From an uncultured Actinomycetota bacterium (GTDB lineage Bacteria > Actinomycetota > Actinomycetes > JAHEKZ01), in contig CAWHIJ010000003.1 of NCBI GenBank assembly GCA_963829525.1, positions 2,080,001 to 2,144,000 of the forward strand: a stretch of 64,000 nucleotides of DNA. Reading direction: 5' to 3'. The notes under the pieces were generated by a model. It was not told the DNA's origin. It worked only from the letters and a program-made list of their open reading frames with translations, and made no database searches. Each line of letters begins with the position of its first letter. Position 1 is the stretch's first letter. Both the position numbers and the translations under genes were made by a program. Positions 50,123 through 60,304 of the stretch are shown here, one piece after another.

Positions 50123-50830
50123 ATGAGCCCCGAGAGCACAGGCAGCGGCCCAACCGGAGGCGTCCACGAGATGCCCGACGGACCGGTCGCCGACGATGGC
50201 CTCACCCAGCGACAGCGCCTGGTGCTGGAGTACATCCACCAGTCAGTCAGCGAACGCGGCTATCCACCGAGCATGCGGGAGATAGGCGACGCGGTTGGCC
50301 TGACCAGCCCCAGCAGCGTCAAGCACCAGCTCGCGTCGCTGGAGCGCAAGGGGTTCATCCGGCGCGATCCGAACCGCCCCAGGGCGATCGAGGTACGGCT
50401 GCCCGACGCCGCGGAGCCGACGGTCGACGTCACCGACTCCGGCAACGCCACGCCTGCGGCCGCCTACGTGCCGGTCGTCGGCCGGATCGCGGCCGGCGGA
50501 CCGATCCTCGCCGAGCAGGTCATCGAGGACGTCTTCCCGCTCCCCAAGCAGCTGGTCGGCGATGGCCAGCTCTTCATGCTCAAGGTGGTCGGCGACTCGA
50601 TGGTCGATGCGGCCATCTGCGACGGCGACTGGGTCGTCGTTCGGCAGCAGCCGACAGCAGAGAACGGCGACGTCGTCGCGGCCATGCTTGACGACGAGGC
50701 GACCGTCAAGACCTACAAGAAGCGCGACGGTCACATCTGGCTGATGCCGCACAACCCTGACTACGAGCCGATCCTCGGCGACGATGCCGTCATCGTCGGC
50801 AAGGTGACGGCAGTCCTGCGCAGCTTGTAG
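50123..50830 (+). CDS. lexA: SOS repressor LexA
   Basis: [14 protein letters not shown] cleavage site, GDSM and ATVK. Confidence 0.96.
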   Translation: MSPESTGSGPTGGVHEMPDGPVADDGLTQRQRLVLEYIHQSVSERGYPPSMREIGDAVGLTSPSSVKHQLASLERKGFIRRDPNRPRAIEVRLPDAAEPTVDVTDSGNATPAAAYVPVVGRIAAGGPILAEQVIEDVFPLPKQLVGDGQLFMLKVVGDSMVDAAICDGDWVVVRQQPTAENGDVVAAMLDDEATVKTYKKRDGHIWLMPHNPDYEPILGDDAVIVGKVTAVLRSL

Positions 50831-50866
50831 GGTCACGCACCCCGCCAGCGTCGATCCGCAGCAACG

Positions 50867-50902
50867 ACAAGAGGGGCCCACCGATCGGTGGGCCCCTCTT
50901 GT
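50867..50902. terminator. Bidirectional terminator hairpin
   Basis: ACAAGAGGGGCCCACCGA/TCGGTGGGCCCCTCTTGT perfect palindrome between convergent genes. Confidence 0.85.
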
Positions 50903-50916
50903 GCTGTCGAGCAGGG

Positions 50917-51777
50917 TCAGCGCTTGGTGCTCTCCGGCTTGCGGCAGACGTAGACCAGAGCGGACGCCGTTGCGGCGCTCTCGGCGGTCAGCGGGGTGCC
51001 GGCGAAGTCGGCATAGATGGCCTCGACCTCGAAGCGGGCGGCGGCCAAGGCAGCCTCCAGCTCCTGCGGGAACGAGTAGCGAACGGCGGTGACGGTCGGG
51101 GCTTCGGCCGGCGTGCCGTCGACGGCGTACTGGCGGTAGGTCTCGTGGGTCATGACCTGGGTGGCAGCGTCGTACCGCTGCGTACCAGACACGATCACCT
51201 GGCTGCCGGTCACATCGGTGTACGAGTGCCAGATCTCGGGCGTCTCGACGCGGCGAGCAAGCTCGCTCGCGTGTGGGAAGCGGATGGCAAAAGCGAACGT
51301 GGCGCCTGGTGCGAGCTGGCGGTAGATGGCCTTGAGCGCAGCGGCGCGGTCGTCATTGGTGACTAGCTGCTGCAACGCGTTACCCGCAACGATTGCCAGC
51401 CCGAACTTGCCACGGACCTTCAGCTCACGGGCGTCCTGCTCGACCCAGGTGACGATCTCGTCGGCGTCCTTGGCGATGGCGAACTCGACCATCGCAGGGC
51501 TGACGTCAACCGCCGTGACCTCGTGACCGGCCTCGGCCAGGGCCAGAGCGATGCGCCCGGTGCCGCTGGCGACGTCGAGTACGGGGCCATCGGCCTGCTC
51601 AGCGAGCGCGACGTAGAAGGGGATGTCAAGGCCGGCGGTGCCGTACTCGAGGTCGTAGCGCGCCGGGTCGCCATACTCGTCGGCGAAAGACACCGGAGTG
51701 GCGGGGATCTCGGCGGCGGGGGTCTCGAGCACGTGGTGCTCCAGGGTCTTGATGCTGGTCATGGCTGTGCTCGTCAT
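50917..51777 (-). CDS. Class I SAM-dependent methyltransferase
   Basis: YD.EY...DIPFY, VLDVASGTGR and VDVSPAM motifs. Confidence 0.9.
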   Translation of the reverse strand: MTSTAMTSIKTLEHHVLETPAAEIPATPVSFADEYGDPARYDLEYGTAGLDIPFYVALAEQADGPVLDVASGTGRIALALAEAGHEVTAVDVSPAMVEFAIAKDADEIVTWVEQDARELKVRGKFGLAIVAGNALQQLVTNDDRAAALKAIYRQLAPGATFAFAIRFPHASELARRVETPEIWHSYTDVTGSQVIVSGTQRYDAATQVMTHETYRQYAVDGTPAEAPTVTAVRYSFPQELEAALAAARFEVEAIYADFAGTPLTAESAATASALVYVCRKPESTKR

Positions 51778-51937
51778 GAAAGAGAGGTCCTCACGGGTAG
51801 TGGATGGTGCAACGATCGAAAGATCCGGTCAGCGTTGTCCTCGGATCTGCCAAAGACCGACTTGATGGATCGGGTACGTGAGACGCGTCACGTCTTCACC
51901 AGGACATTCTCTCAGGCGATTCCAAATCCACGTAATG

Positions 51938-54427
51938 TCAGGCGTTCCTGGGCGCGACGACTGCGTCAACATCAGGAGGACACGCCTTCACCTCCTCGTC
52001 AACCACGAGGAACCTGCTCGACGCCTCCCCCATCAGCAGCGGGTCTGTCGAGCCAACTGCTACCACGGCATCGAGCGAGTCACCACCGGGCGTTGCCGTC
52101 ACGCGCACTCGATCTCCGTCGAGCACAGCTGACCACTGATCGGCTCCCAGGGCCTCCAGGAGACCATCGAGGATTGCCGCAAGCGGCGGTGGCACCTCGG
52201 CAAGTGCGTAGGCAAGGAGCTTGTCGGGGATGGGTGCAGCTGACCCCTCGCGCCACAGCACCCGAGCCGTCAGCCCCTGCGACCGCAGCCGCGTTCCGAT
52301 CGCCGAACGGGTACGACCCAGCTCGTCCGCAAGCTGCGACGCGAGCGCCCCTCCGGCAAAACCCTCGGCCAGCCGGGCGTCCTCGGTGTCGGTCCAACGC
52401 TTGCCGCGCCGGTCGGACTCGTCGGCGACGTCTGCGGTAGCTGCGGCAGCTCCGGCGACCACCGCGCGCTCGGGCACCGGCAGCACCGGAGGCGCAGCAG
52501 CGTCGATCTTGGCCAGCGAAGCCCGGACGAGAGCGCCGTCGGTGGTCGGCCACATGGGTGGCAGGGAGGCGCGGATGAAGTCGGCGTAGCGGGCGTTGGC
52601 CAGGCGCGAGTCGAGCACGGCGACCACCCCCACGTCGTCGGCTCCCCTGATCAGCCGGCCGGCCCCTTGAGCGAGCCGCAGCGAGGCCTGGGTGGCCGAC
52701 ACCTGCATGAACCCGCTGCCCCCGTGCGACTCGACGTAGCGCGCCCGCGCGGAGGCGAGCGGGTCGTCCGGACGCGGGAACGGCAGCCGGTCGATGACGA
52801 CCAGCTGCAGCGCCGACCCCGGGACGTCCACCCCCTGCCAGAGCGAGAGCGTGCCGAACAGGCACGTCTGCGCGTCCGACGCGAAGGCCCGAACCAGCTC
52901 GGAGATCGCATCCTCGCCCTGGCAGAGCACCGGAACCTCAAGCCGCTGGCGCATCTCCTCCGCCGCCTGCTGGGCTGCCCGCATCGACGAGAAGAGCCCC
53001 AGCGTGCGCCCGCCCGCCGCCTCGATCAGGTCCGCGAGCTCGACCAGCGTTGCCTCGCCCAGGCCGTCGCGACCGGGAGGTGGCAGCTGCGCCGCCATGT
53101 AGAGGATCGCCTGCTTGCCGTACTCGAACGGCGAGCCAACATCGAGACCACGCCAGGGCGGCGCACCCTCACCCGTCAGGCCCACGCCACGCGCCACCGG
53201 CTCGAACCCCCCGCCGAGCTCGAGCGTTGCCGACGTGAGCACAACCTTGCGTTCTTCGAAGAGCCCGGCGCGCAGCAACCCTCCGACAAAGAGCGGCGCG
53301 CGATACAACGTCGGCGGACGTCGCTCTGGCTTGGTGAGCCAGACGACGTCCTGCTCACCGGCGACGACGAGCCGTCCCGCGACCTCGTGCACCTCCTCGA
53401 CTGCGGCACGCGCCCGCACCCGGCTCGCCACGTCCTCGTCACCGCTCTTGGTGGTTCCTATGGCCGAGAGCGCGTCGTGGCCGCCGTCGCGCACCGCGAC
53501 CAGAACGTCGAAGAGGTGGCCGGAGACCTCGGTCAGCCGACCCTCAGTCTCCTCGGCGAGCACCGCGTCCAGCGCCGCAGCGGCGTCCAGGAGCCGCTGG
53601 GTCGGCGCCTCGCCGGCGAACTTCCTGCCGCGCCTGGCAGCGCGCTCGACCATGGGCGCGGTGAGCTCGTCGGTGACGGCGCCGGTCGCGCGATCGGCGA
53701 GCTCGTGAGCCTCGTCGACGACGATCACGTCGGACTCCGGCAGCAACCGGGCGTCGGAGAGCGAGTCGATGGCGAGCATCGCGTGGTTGGTGACGACGAC
53801 GTCAGCCTCGCGTGCCCGCTCGCGGGCGATCTCGGCCCAGCAGTCGTCGGCGAACGGGCAGCGTTGGGCGCCCAGGCACTCGTGCGGCGTCACCGAGAGG
53901 CTGCGCCAGGCCCGCTCGTCGGGAGCCGGGAGAACCTCGTCGCGGTCGCCGGTCTCGGTCTGCTCGGCCCACTTGCGGATCCGGACGACGTCGCGGCCGG
54001 CCTTCGACGTGGGCGTCGGTGCGAAGAGGGCGTCCTCGTCGTCCGGCTCCTGCTCCCCGGTGTTGAGCCGGTGCAGGCAGAGGTAGTTGCTGCGTCCCTT
54101 GAGCATCGCGAAGACCGGACGGCGCCCGAGCAGCGGCTCGAGCGAGTCGACGAGGCGCGGCAGGTCGCGGTCGACGAGTTGCCGCTGCAGCGCGATCGTG
54201 GCGGTCGAGATGATGGCGCTGTCGTGGTGGGCGAGGACCGGCACCAGGTAGGCCAGCGACTTTCCGGTGCCGGTTCCAGCCTGCACCAACAGGTGCTCGC
54301 CGGTTTCGAGGGTGTCGGCGACGGCCTCAGCCATCTGTTGCTGACCCGCGCGTGGTGTCCCGCCGATGGCCTCGACGGCTGCCTGGAGCAGCTCGCGCAC
54401 GCTGGGTGGCGTTGGGGTTTCGGACAC
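51938..54427 (-). CDS. dinG: DinG family ATP-dependent helicase with C-terminal extension
   Basis: AGTGTGKS, KGRSNYLC, Fe-S cysteines, DEAH and QGAGRLIR. Confidence 0.93.
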   Translation of the reverse strand: MSETPTPPSVRELLQAAVEAIGGTPRAGQQQMAEAVADTLETGEHLLVQAGTGTGKSLAYLVPVLAHHDSAIISTATIALQRQLVDRDLPRLVDSLEPLLGRRPVFAMLKGRSNYLCLHRLNTGEQEPDDEDALFAPTPTSKAGRDVVRIRKWAEQTETGDRDEVLPAPDERAWRSLSVTPHECLGAQRCPFADDCWAEIARERAREADVVVTNHAMLAIDSLSDARLLPESDVIVVDEAHELADRATGAVTDELTAPMVERAARRGRKFAGEAPTQRLLDAAAALDAVLAEETEGRLTEVSGHLFDVLVAVRDGGHDALSAIGTTKSGDEDVASRVRARAAVEEVHEVAGRLVVAGEQDVVWLTKPERRPPTLYRAPLFVGGLLRAGLFEERKVVLTSATLELGGGFEPVARGVGLTGEGAPPWRGLDVGSPFEYGKQAILYMAAQLPPPGRDGLGEATLVELADLIEAAGGRTLGLFSSMRAAQQAAEEMRQRLEVPVLCQGEDAISELVRAFASDAQTCLFGTLSLWQGVDVPGSALQLVVIDRLPFPRPDDPLASARARYVESHGGSGFMQVSATQASLRLAQGAGRLIRGADDVGVVAVLDSRLANARYADFIRASLPPMWPTTDGALVRASLAKIDAAAPPVLPVPERAVVAGAAAATADVADESDRRGKRWTDTEDARLAEGFAGGALASQLADELGRTRSAIGTRLRSQGLTARVLWREGSAAPIPDKLLAYALAEVPPPLAAILDGLLEALGADQWSAVLDGDRVRVTATPGGDSLDAVVAVGSTDPLLMGEASSRFLVVDEEVKACPPDVDAVVAPRNA

Positions 54428-54477
54428 CGGGCCAGCCTAGGGCGAGCCGCCGTCAGGGAGTCCCACCGTCCACACCG

Positions 54478-55098
54478 TCACCTCCGACCCAGGTCGGACG
54501 CCATGCCGGCCAGTGCGTAGCGGCGCGCCCACCGCGCGTCGTGACCGGGTACCTCAAGGCGCACCTGCTCGGCGATGCCGTTCATCAGCAGCACCCACCG
54601 CAGCGCGAAGGCGTCCACCTCCGACGCCTCGTGCGCGACGAAGTCTCCGCTCTCGACTCCCCGGGCGACCCACTCGCCGAGGTCAGCGATCCACCCCTGT
54701 TCGAGCTCGGCGATCTGCGCCTGCCCTTCGACGTCGCCAGGGGGTTGCGCGCTGACCTGCGCCCAGAGGTTCCAGCGTGGGTCGACAGCTGAGACCGGCA
54801 GGTACAGGTCCACAAACCGCTCGATCGCCCGCCACGGTGACCGGTACCTGGCCAGCTCTGCGCGACGTTGCTCTGCCAACTCGGTCTCGCTCCACCGCAA
54901 CGTCTCCAGGAGCACCCGGTCCTTGCGGCCGAAGTAGTACAGGATGTGGCCGGGGCTCATCCCGACGCGGTCAGAGATGTCCTTGAGTCGGACGCCATCG
55001 GCCCCCCGTTCGGCGAAGGCGTCAACGGCAGCAAGCAGCACGCGCCGTCGCTGGTCAGGGCGTTCCTCAGGCACCTTCGACGCCACTCGGCCGCTCAC
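54478..55098 (-). CDS. TetR family regulator (BetI-like C-terminal domain)
   Basis: HTH ...DISDRVGMSPGHILYYFGRK. Confidence 0.9.
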   Translation of the reverse strand: MSGRVASKVPEERPDQRRRVLLAAVDAFAERGADGVRLKDISDRVGMSPGHILYYFGRKDRVLLETLRWSETELAEQRRAELARYRSPWRAIERFVDLYLPVSAVDPRWNLWAQVSAQPPGDVEGQAQIAELEQGWIADLGEWVARGVESGDFVAHEASEVDAFALRWVLLMNGIAEQVRLEVPGHDARWARRYALAGMASDLGRR

Positions 55099-55099
55099 C

Positions 55100-56755
55100 T
55101 CACAACGTCCTGTGCACGATCTGTCCGCCGACCATCGTGAGGTCGACCTGCGCCTCGAGCAGCTCGGCCGGTTCCAGCGCGAAGAGGTTGGCCGAGAAGA
55201 CCGCAAGGTCGGCATACGACCCGACTCGCAGGTCTCCCCGGTCGTCCTCGGCGTAGACCGAGTAGGCGCTCCCCCAGGTATACGCGCGCAAGGCAGTCTC
55301 GAGATCAACGCACTCCTCAGAGACCCACGAACGCGCCCCGTCGAGGTCGGCACGTGTCAACGCTGTGTAGAGGCCGACGAGCGGATCCATCTCCGCCACG
55401 TTCCAGTCGCTGGAGAATGCCAGCGTGGCGCCGCGGTCGGCCAGGCTCCGCATGGGCCAGGCATAGCGCCACCGCTGCTGGCCCACGTTCTCTCGCCACT
55501 GCTGGACGATCTCGGGTGCGCAGTGCCTCGGCTGCATGCAGGCCACCACACCGAGCTCGGCAAAGCGGTCGAGGTCGCGCTCGTCGGTGCACTCGACATG
55601 CACAATCTGATGGCGAGTGTCGCGGTGTTCGTTCCGCGATCTCGCGGCGGCGAACGCGTCAAGGGCTGTGCTGATCCCCCTGTCTCCTGTCGCATGGACG
55701 AAGCACGGGAAACCGCGTCGGTCGAGCTCGGTGACGACGTCGGCAAACTCGTCAGGGTCGTAGTAGGTCTTCCCACGGGTGTCCGGTCGGTTGGCGTACG
55801 GCTCGAACATCGCAGCGGTGTGCGGCTCGACGATGTCGTCTATGTACAGCTTGACCGGCAACACCTTCAACCAGTCATCGGGGTACCGCCTCCGGGCTAC
55901 CTCGAAGGCATCGAGAGTTGCAGCAGACGTGCCGACCGGGTGAAAGAGAGCGGCGACAACCCTGGTGGGTGCTGCTCCTTCGGCGCGGGCGCGCTCGAAG
56001 AGCGCGAGGTCGTCGATGGAGTTCTGCGGCTCGACGACCGTGGTAATCCCGTACTTCGCCGCCATCTGTAGCCCGGCCACGACACGGCTGTACTGAGCAT
56101 CGAGGGAGTAGGCGGGCGAAACCTGCTGCAGCGCCTTCTGGCCGGCGTCCTCAATCCCCTTGACGGCAAAATCGGCAACGTAACCGGTGGGACGTCCATC
56201 GGCATCACGCTCAACCGTGCCCCATGGAACGTCACCGGAACCCTCCCCGATCCCGAAGGCTTCGAGCGCCGGGCCGTTCAGGACTGCGGCGTGCACGCTG
56301 TAGTCGAGCAACATCACCGGACGGCCCTCGCCTGCGCCGTCGAGGTCCTCGGCCCGAGGGTGGCGCGCTTCGGGAAGCGCCGCGTAGTCAAACCCTTCAC
56401 CGTGCACCCAGGTGGCAGACGGGTTCTCGGTCAGCCAGCCGGCAATGGCGGCACGCACACCGCCCAAAGTCGTGGCACCAGCCAGCTGAACGGCGTCACT
56501 GCCCGTACCCAGACGGACGTGATTGTGCGCATCGACGATGCCCGGCGTGACAAGCCGTCCCTCGAGATCGATGACCTCAGATGCATCGTCTGAAAAACGA
56601 TCTGCTTCAGCATCCGCGCCAACCCAGGCGATCCGGTCACCGCGCAGGGCAATGGCTTCGGCGATCGGGGCGTTGCTGTTCCCCGTCCACACCACGCCTC
56701 CGCGCAGCAGCCGGATTGCCGGTTCCCCCTCGCGGGCGCTCTCATGGTCAGCCAT
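55100..56755 (-). CDS. Amidohydrolase_3 (YtcJ-like)
   Basis: PGIVDAHNH, VKLY.D, HATGD, IVHVE and FSSDW; ORF extension upstream of 56755 is antisense to the PotD-like gene. Confidence 0.92.
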   Translation of the reverse strand: MADHESAREGEPAIRLLRGGVVWTGNSNAPIAEAIALRGDRIAWVGADAEADRFSDDASEVIDLEGRLVTPGIVDAHNHVRLGTGSDAVQLAGATTLGGVRAAIAGWLTENPSATWVHGEGFDYAALPEARHPRAEDLDGAGEGRPVMLLDYSVHAAVLNGPALEAFGIGEGSGDVPWGTVERDADGRPTGYVADFAVKGIEDAGQKALQQVSPAYSLDAQYSRVVAGLQMAAKYGITTVVEPQNSIDDLALFERARAEGAAPTRVVAALFHPVGTSAATLDAFEVARRRYPDDWLKVLPVKLYIDDIVEPHTAAMFEPYANRPDTRGKTYYDPDEFADVVTELDRRGFPCFVHATGDRGISTALDAFAAARSRNEHRDTRHQIVHVECTDERDLDRFAELGVVACMQPRHCAPEIVQQWRENVGQQRWRYAWPMRSLADRGATLAFSSDWNVAEMDPLVGLYTALTRADLDGARSWVSEECVDLETALRAYTWGSAYSVYAEDDRGDLRVGSYADLAVFSANLFALEPAELLEAQVDLTMVGGQIVHRTL

Positions 56756-56758
56756 GAT

Positions 56759-56794
56759 GGTATTGAATCTCATTCTAGTATCTGATTCAATACC
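56759..56794. promoter_or_regulatory. AT-rich operator palindrome in the divergent promoter
   Basis: GGTATTGAATC-N14-GATTCAATACC. Confidence 0.75.
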
Positions 56795-56812
56795 GACGAC
56801 GAAAGGATTCCC

Positions 56813-58003
56813 GTGACTCTCTACACCACGACCCGCCAGTCCATGTCGGGTCAGCGCCTGTCTCGTCGCTCGTTTCTGGCCACGAGCGCTGCTGGCGCGG
56901 CCGTCGTCGGCGCCCCCTTCCTCTCCGGCTGCGGGAGCAGTGAGCAGGCCGAGCCGGTGCAGGACCAGTCGGCCACCGACAACTCGCTGTCGGTATCGAA
57001 CTGGGCGCTCTACATCGACACCGACCGCAAGGGCCCCGACCAGTTCCCGTCGGTTGCGGCATTCGAGGACGAGACCGGGATCGATGTCACGTACCGAGAG
57101 GACATCACCGCCAACGACGAGTTCTTTGCCAAGATCCGCCCCCAGCTGGTCAAGGGCGAGGGCGTCGACCGCGACATCATCGTGATGACCGACTGGATGG
57201 CGGCACGGCTGATCCGTCTGGGCTACGTCAACGAGCTCAACACCGAGGCGATCCCCAACGCCAAGAACCTGCTCCCGTCGTTGAAGTCCCCCAGCTTTGA
57301 CCCCGAGCGCCAGTACTCGATGCCTTGGCAGTCGGGGTTCACCTCGATCGCCTACAACTCCGGCGCGGTCGACGCTCCCGTCACCTCGATGACCGAGATG
57401 CTCACGCGCCCCGACCTCGCCGGTAAGGTCGCTGTCTTCACCGAGATGCGCGACACCATCGGCCTGATCATGCTTGACCAAGGAGCAGATCCATCCGACT
57501 TCACCGATGAGCAGTTCGACGCCGCCATCGCGCTGCTGCAGGAGTCGGTCGACTCCGGACATGTGCGCCAGTTCGCTGACGCCAACTACGGCCAGTCCCT
57601 GTCGAAGGGCAACTTCGGCGCGTCGATGACGTACTCCGGCGACATCAACCAGCTCCGGCTCGACAACCCGGACCTTCAGCTCGTCATCCCTGACGCGGGC
57701 TTCATTCTCTGGTCGGACAACCTGCTTGTTCCTGTGGGTGCGCTCCACCAGGCCAACGCCGAGAAGTGGATCAACTTCTTCTACCGCCCCGACATCGCGG
57801 CGCAGGTGGCCGCATGGGTCAACTTCATCACGCCCGTCGTCGGCGCCAAGGAGGAGCTGAAGAAGATCGACCCAGACCTGGCATCGAACGAACTGATCTT
57901 CCCGAGCGAAGAGTTCCTGGCCCAGGGGAAGATCTTCAAAGCGCTCGACGCCGACGAAGAGGCTCGTTACCAGGACGCCTTCAACGCTGTACGCGGGCTC
58001 TAG
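56813..58003 (+). CDS. Polyamine ABC substrate-binding Tat lipoprotein (PotD/PotF-like)
   Basis: SRRSFL Tat motif, LSGC lipobox, NWALYID, YSGD and WSDN. Confidence 0.9.
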   Translation: MTLYTTTRQSMSGQRLSRRSFLATSAAGAAVVGAPFLSGCGSSEQAEPVQDQSATDNSLSVSNWALYIDTDRKGPDQFPSVAAFEDETGIDVTYREDITANDEFFAKIRPQLVKGEGVDRDIIVMTDWMAARLIRLGYVNELNTEAIPNAKNLLPSLKSPSFDPERQYSMPWQSGFTSIAYNSGAVDAPVTSMTEMLTRPDLAGKVAVFTEMRDTIGLIMLDQGADPSDFTDEQFDAAIALLQESVDSGHVRQFADANYGQSLSKGNFGASMTYSGDINQLRLDNPDLQLVIPDAGFILWSDNLLVPVGALHQANAEKWINFFYRPDIAAQVAAWVNFITPVVGAKEELKKIDPDLASNELIFPSEEFLAQGKIFKALDADEEARYQDAFNAVRGL

Positions 58004-59445
58004 CGCACCGGGTCCAGCTCACCCAACGCCGCCGCCAAGTCCGGGTGCACCCTTGCTGTGACCATCGTGCCGTCCTCACGGTGCTCCTCACTCAGCACCT
58101 CACCCTCGGTATGCATCCGCGAGACTAGATCACCCCGGTCATAAGGCACGACGACCTCCACATCGACGGGAGGATGCGGAAGCGCCGCCTCAATGCGCTC
58201 GCGTAGCTCATCGATACCCAAACCGGTGTGCGCTGAGACAGTGACTGCCCCAGGCTCAAGGCGACACAGCCGCGCGACCGTCATCGGGTCAGCAAGGTCA
58301 GCCTTGTTGATGACGACGATCTCGGGCAAGTTCTCAGCACCGATCTCAGCCAGAACTTCACGTACCGACGTCAGCTGCCGCTCCGGATCGGCGTCAGAGC
58401 CATCGACGACGTGAAGCACGAGATCAGCATCGGTCACTTCATCCAGCGTCGACCGAAACGCCTCCACCAGCTGGTGCGGGAGGTGACGAACGAACCCCAC
58501 TGTGTCAGCAAGTGTGTAGAGCCGGCCGTCGCTGGAGTGCGCCTTGCGCACGGTCGGGTCGAGGGTCGCGAAGAGGGAGTTGTCGACGAGGACTCCAGCA
58601 CCGGTGAGCCGGTTCATCAGACTGGACTTGCCCGCGTTGGTGTATCCGGCAAACGCCACGGCCGGCACGCGGTTGGCTTTGCGCTGTCCCCGCTTGGTGA
58701 CGCGAGAGGTCTCCATCGCCCGAAGCTCGCGTCGCAGCTTGGCGACCTTGTCGCGAATACGCCGCCGATCGGTCTCGATCTTGGTCTCGCCAGGACCTCG
58801 CGTCCCGACGCCGCCGCTTGCGCCACCCGCGCGCCCACCAGCCTGGCGCGAAAGCGACTCACCCCATCCGCGAAGTCGTGGCATGAGGTACTGCATCTGC
58901 GCCAGCGAAACCTGAGCCTTGCCCTCTCGGCTCTTCGCATGCTGGGCGAAGATGTCCAGGATGAGCCAGGTGCGGTCGACAACCTTGACCTGGACGACGT
59001 TCTCGAGCTGGATCAGCTGACCAGGTGTCAGCTCGCCGTCGCAGATCACGGTGTCGGCGGCGTGCTCGATCACGATGTCACGCAGCTCGCGCGCTTTGCC
59101 CGATCCGATGTAGGTGGCGGCGTCCGGCTTGTCGCGGCGCTGGATGACGCCGTCGAGCACCTCAGCACCTGCCGTCTCGGCCAACGCCGAGAGCTCACGC
59201 AGCGAATTCTCCGCATCGGTGATGCTCCCCGATGTCCACACGCCCACCAGGACGACCCGTTCCAGGCGGACCTGCCGGTACTCGACCTCGGAGACGTCCT
59301 GCAGCTCGGTCGACAATCCCCCGACTCGGCGAAGGGCCGATCGGTCTTCGAGGTCGAGCGTTCCCACGTCGGGATCGGCCGCCGGACCAGTCGGCTTGGT
59401 CGACCGCACTGAGGCTGGAACGGAAGCAGGGGTTGTATCTGTCAT
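58000..59445 (-). CDS. hflX: GTPase HflX
   Basis: RGPGETKIE, GYTNAGKS, FATLD, DTVGF and NKAD. Confidence 0.96.
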   Translation of the reverse strand: MTDTTPASVPASVRSTKPTGPAADPDVGTLDLEDRSALRRVGGLSTELQDVSEVEYRQVRLERVVLVGVWTSGSITDAENSLRELSALAETAGAEVLDGVIQRRDKPDAATYIGSGKARELRDIVIEHAADTVICDGELTPGQLIQLENVVQVKVVDRTWLILDIFAQHAKSREGKAQVSLAQMQYLMPRLRGWGESLSRQAGGRAGGASGGVGTRGPGETKIETDRRRIRDKVAKLRRELRAMETSRVTKRGQRKANRVPAVAFAGYTNAGKSSLMNRLTGAGVLVDNSLFATLDPTVRKAHSSDGRLYTLADTVGFVRHLPHQLVEAFRSTLDEVTDADLVLHVVDGSDADPERQLTSVREVLAEIGAENLPEIVVINKADLADPMTVARLCRLEPGAVTVSAHTGLGIDELRERIEAALPHPPVDVEVVVPYDRGDLVSRMHTEGEVLSEEHREDGTMVTARVHPDLAAALGELDPVR

Positions 59446-59542
59446 CACCTCCCAGGATCTCACGCCTGGCAAATGGTTTCAGATCGGCATGAGTGCAGAC
59501 GTCCGGAACAGCGGACAGTCAGCGTCGAGGACGGCTCCAGCC

Positions 59543-60304
59543 TCAGCTGAACGCATAGACGTGGGCGGCCTGAAGCAGGTCGACGAGCTCGGTCTGCTCA
59601 CTGGCAGTCAGCCCGTCGTAGGCAACGGCCGCGAGGTCGTCGGTCAACTCCTCGACGCGCGCCCGGAGCGCACGGTCGGCGTCGGTCACCTCCGGGAACG
59701 GGGGCTCCCACCCGTACTCGCGGGCATTCTGCTCCCCGCCTTGGTTCGCGAGAATCGCGATCAACGGATCGAGCTGCAACGCAACGAGGGCAACGCCGTG
59801 GCAGGCGCCGCGATGTTCACGCAACACCTGCAGCACCTGGGCGCAGCGCTCAGCACCGAAGGCTGGCCCGGCATCTGGTAGCGGAACAGCCCGCCAGCCT
59901 GCGAACAAGGGCAGCCCGACGATATCGGAGGAATCGATCACCTTCTGGCCAAGCTCTGCGAGGCGATCGGCCCCCATCAACCCCGCGAGTCGGTCACGCC
60001 CCCACTGGTGACAGACCGCGAGGTAACGGCTGAGCCCCTCCGCCGGTGTCATGAGGGCGCGGGCGATCCCCCACTCACGACGCAGGTGGTCAGCCGGGAA
60101 GAAGAATGCTGCCGCGAGGATGACGTCGGTGTCGACATCCCCGAGGACGCCGTGCCTGCCGAGGAAGTAGAGCTGCCATTCGACCATTCCCGCATCGGCC
60201 GTAGCCTGCTCCTCGGCCTCCCCGATCATCCAGTTGCCGCCGAGGTCGCCAATCGGCCCCTTGGCAGCAACTGCCGTTGCTCTCGCCTGTTGTGATGCGG
60301 TCAT
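59543..60304 (-). CDS. SCO6745-family conserved actinobacterial protein
   Basis: YFLGR.GVLG, PLFAGW and LREHRG..H motifs. Confidence 0.8.
   Translation of the reverse strand: MTASQQARATAVAAKGPIGDLGGNWMIGEAEEQATADAGMVEWQLYFLGRHGVLGDVDTDVILAAAFFFPADHLRREWGIARALMTPAEGLSRYLAVCHQWGRDRLAGLMGADRLAELGQKVIDSSDIVGLPLFAGWRAVPLPDAGPAFGAERCAQVLQVLREHRGACHGVALVALQLDPLIAILANQGGEQNAREYGWEPPFPEVTDADRALRARVEELTDDLAAVAYDGLTASEQTELVDLLQAAHVYAFS

Noticed and set aside
52667-54520. Long plus-strand ORFs opposite dinG (and similar ones opposite nrdJ, hflX and sigA)
   Set aside because: High-GC antisense shadows with no recognisable motifs
55100-57748. 882-aa amidohydrolase with a long N-terminal extension
   Set aside because: The extension is antisense to the PotD-like gene; a typical start lies at 56755
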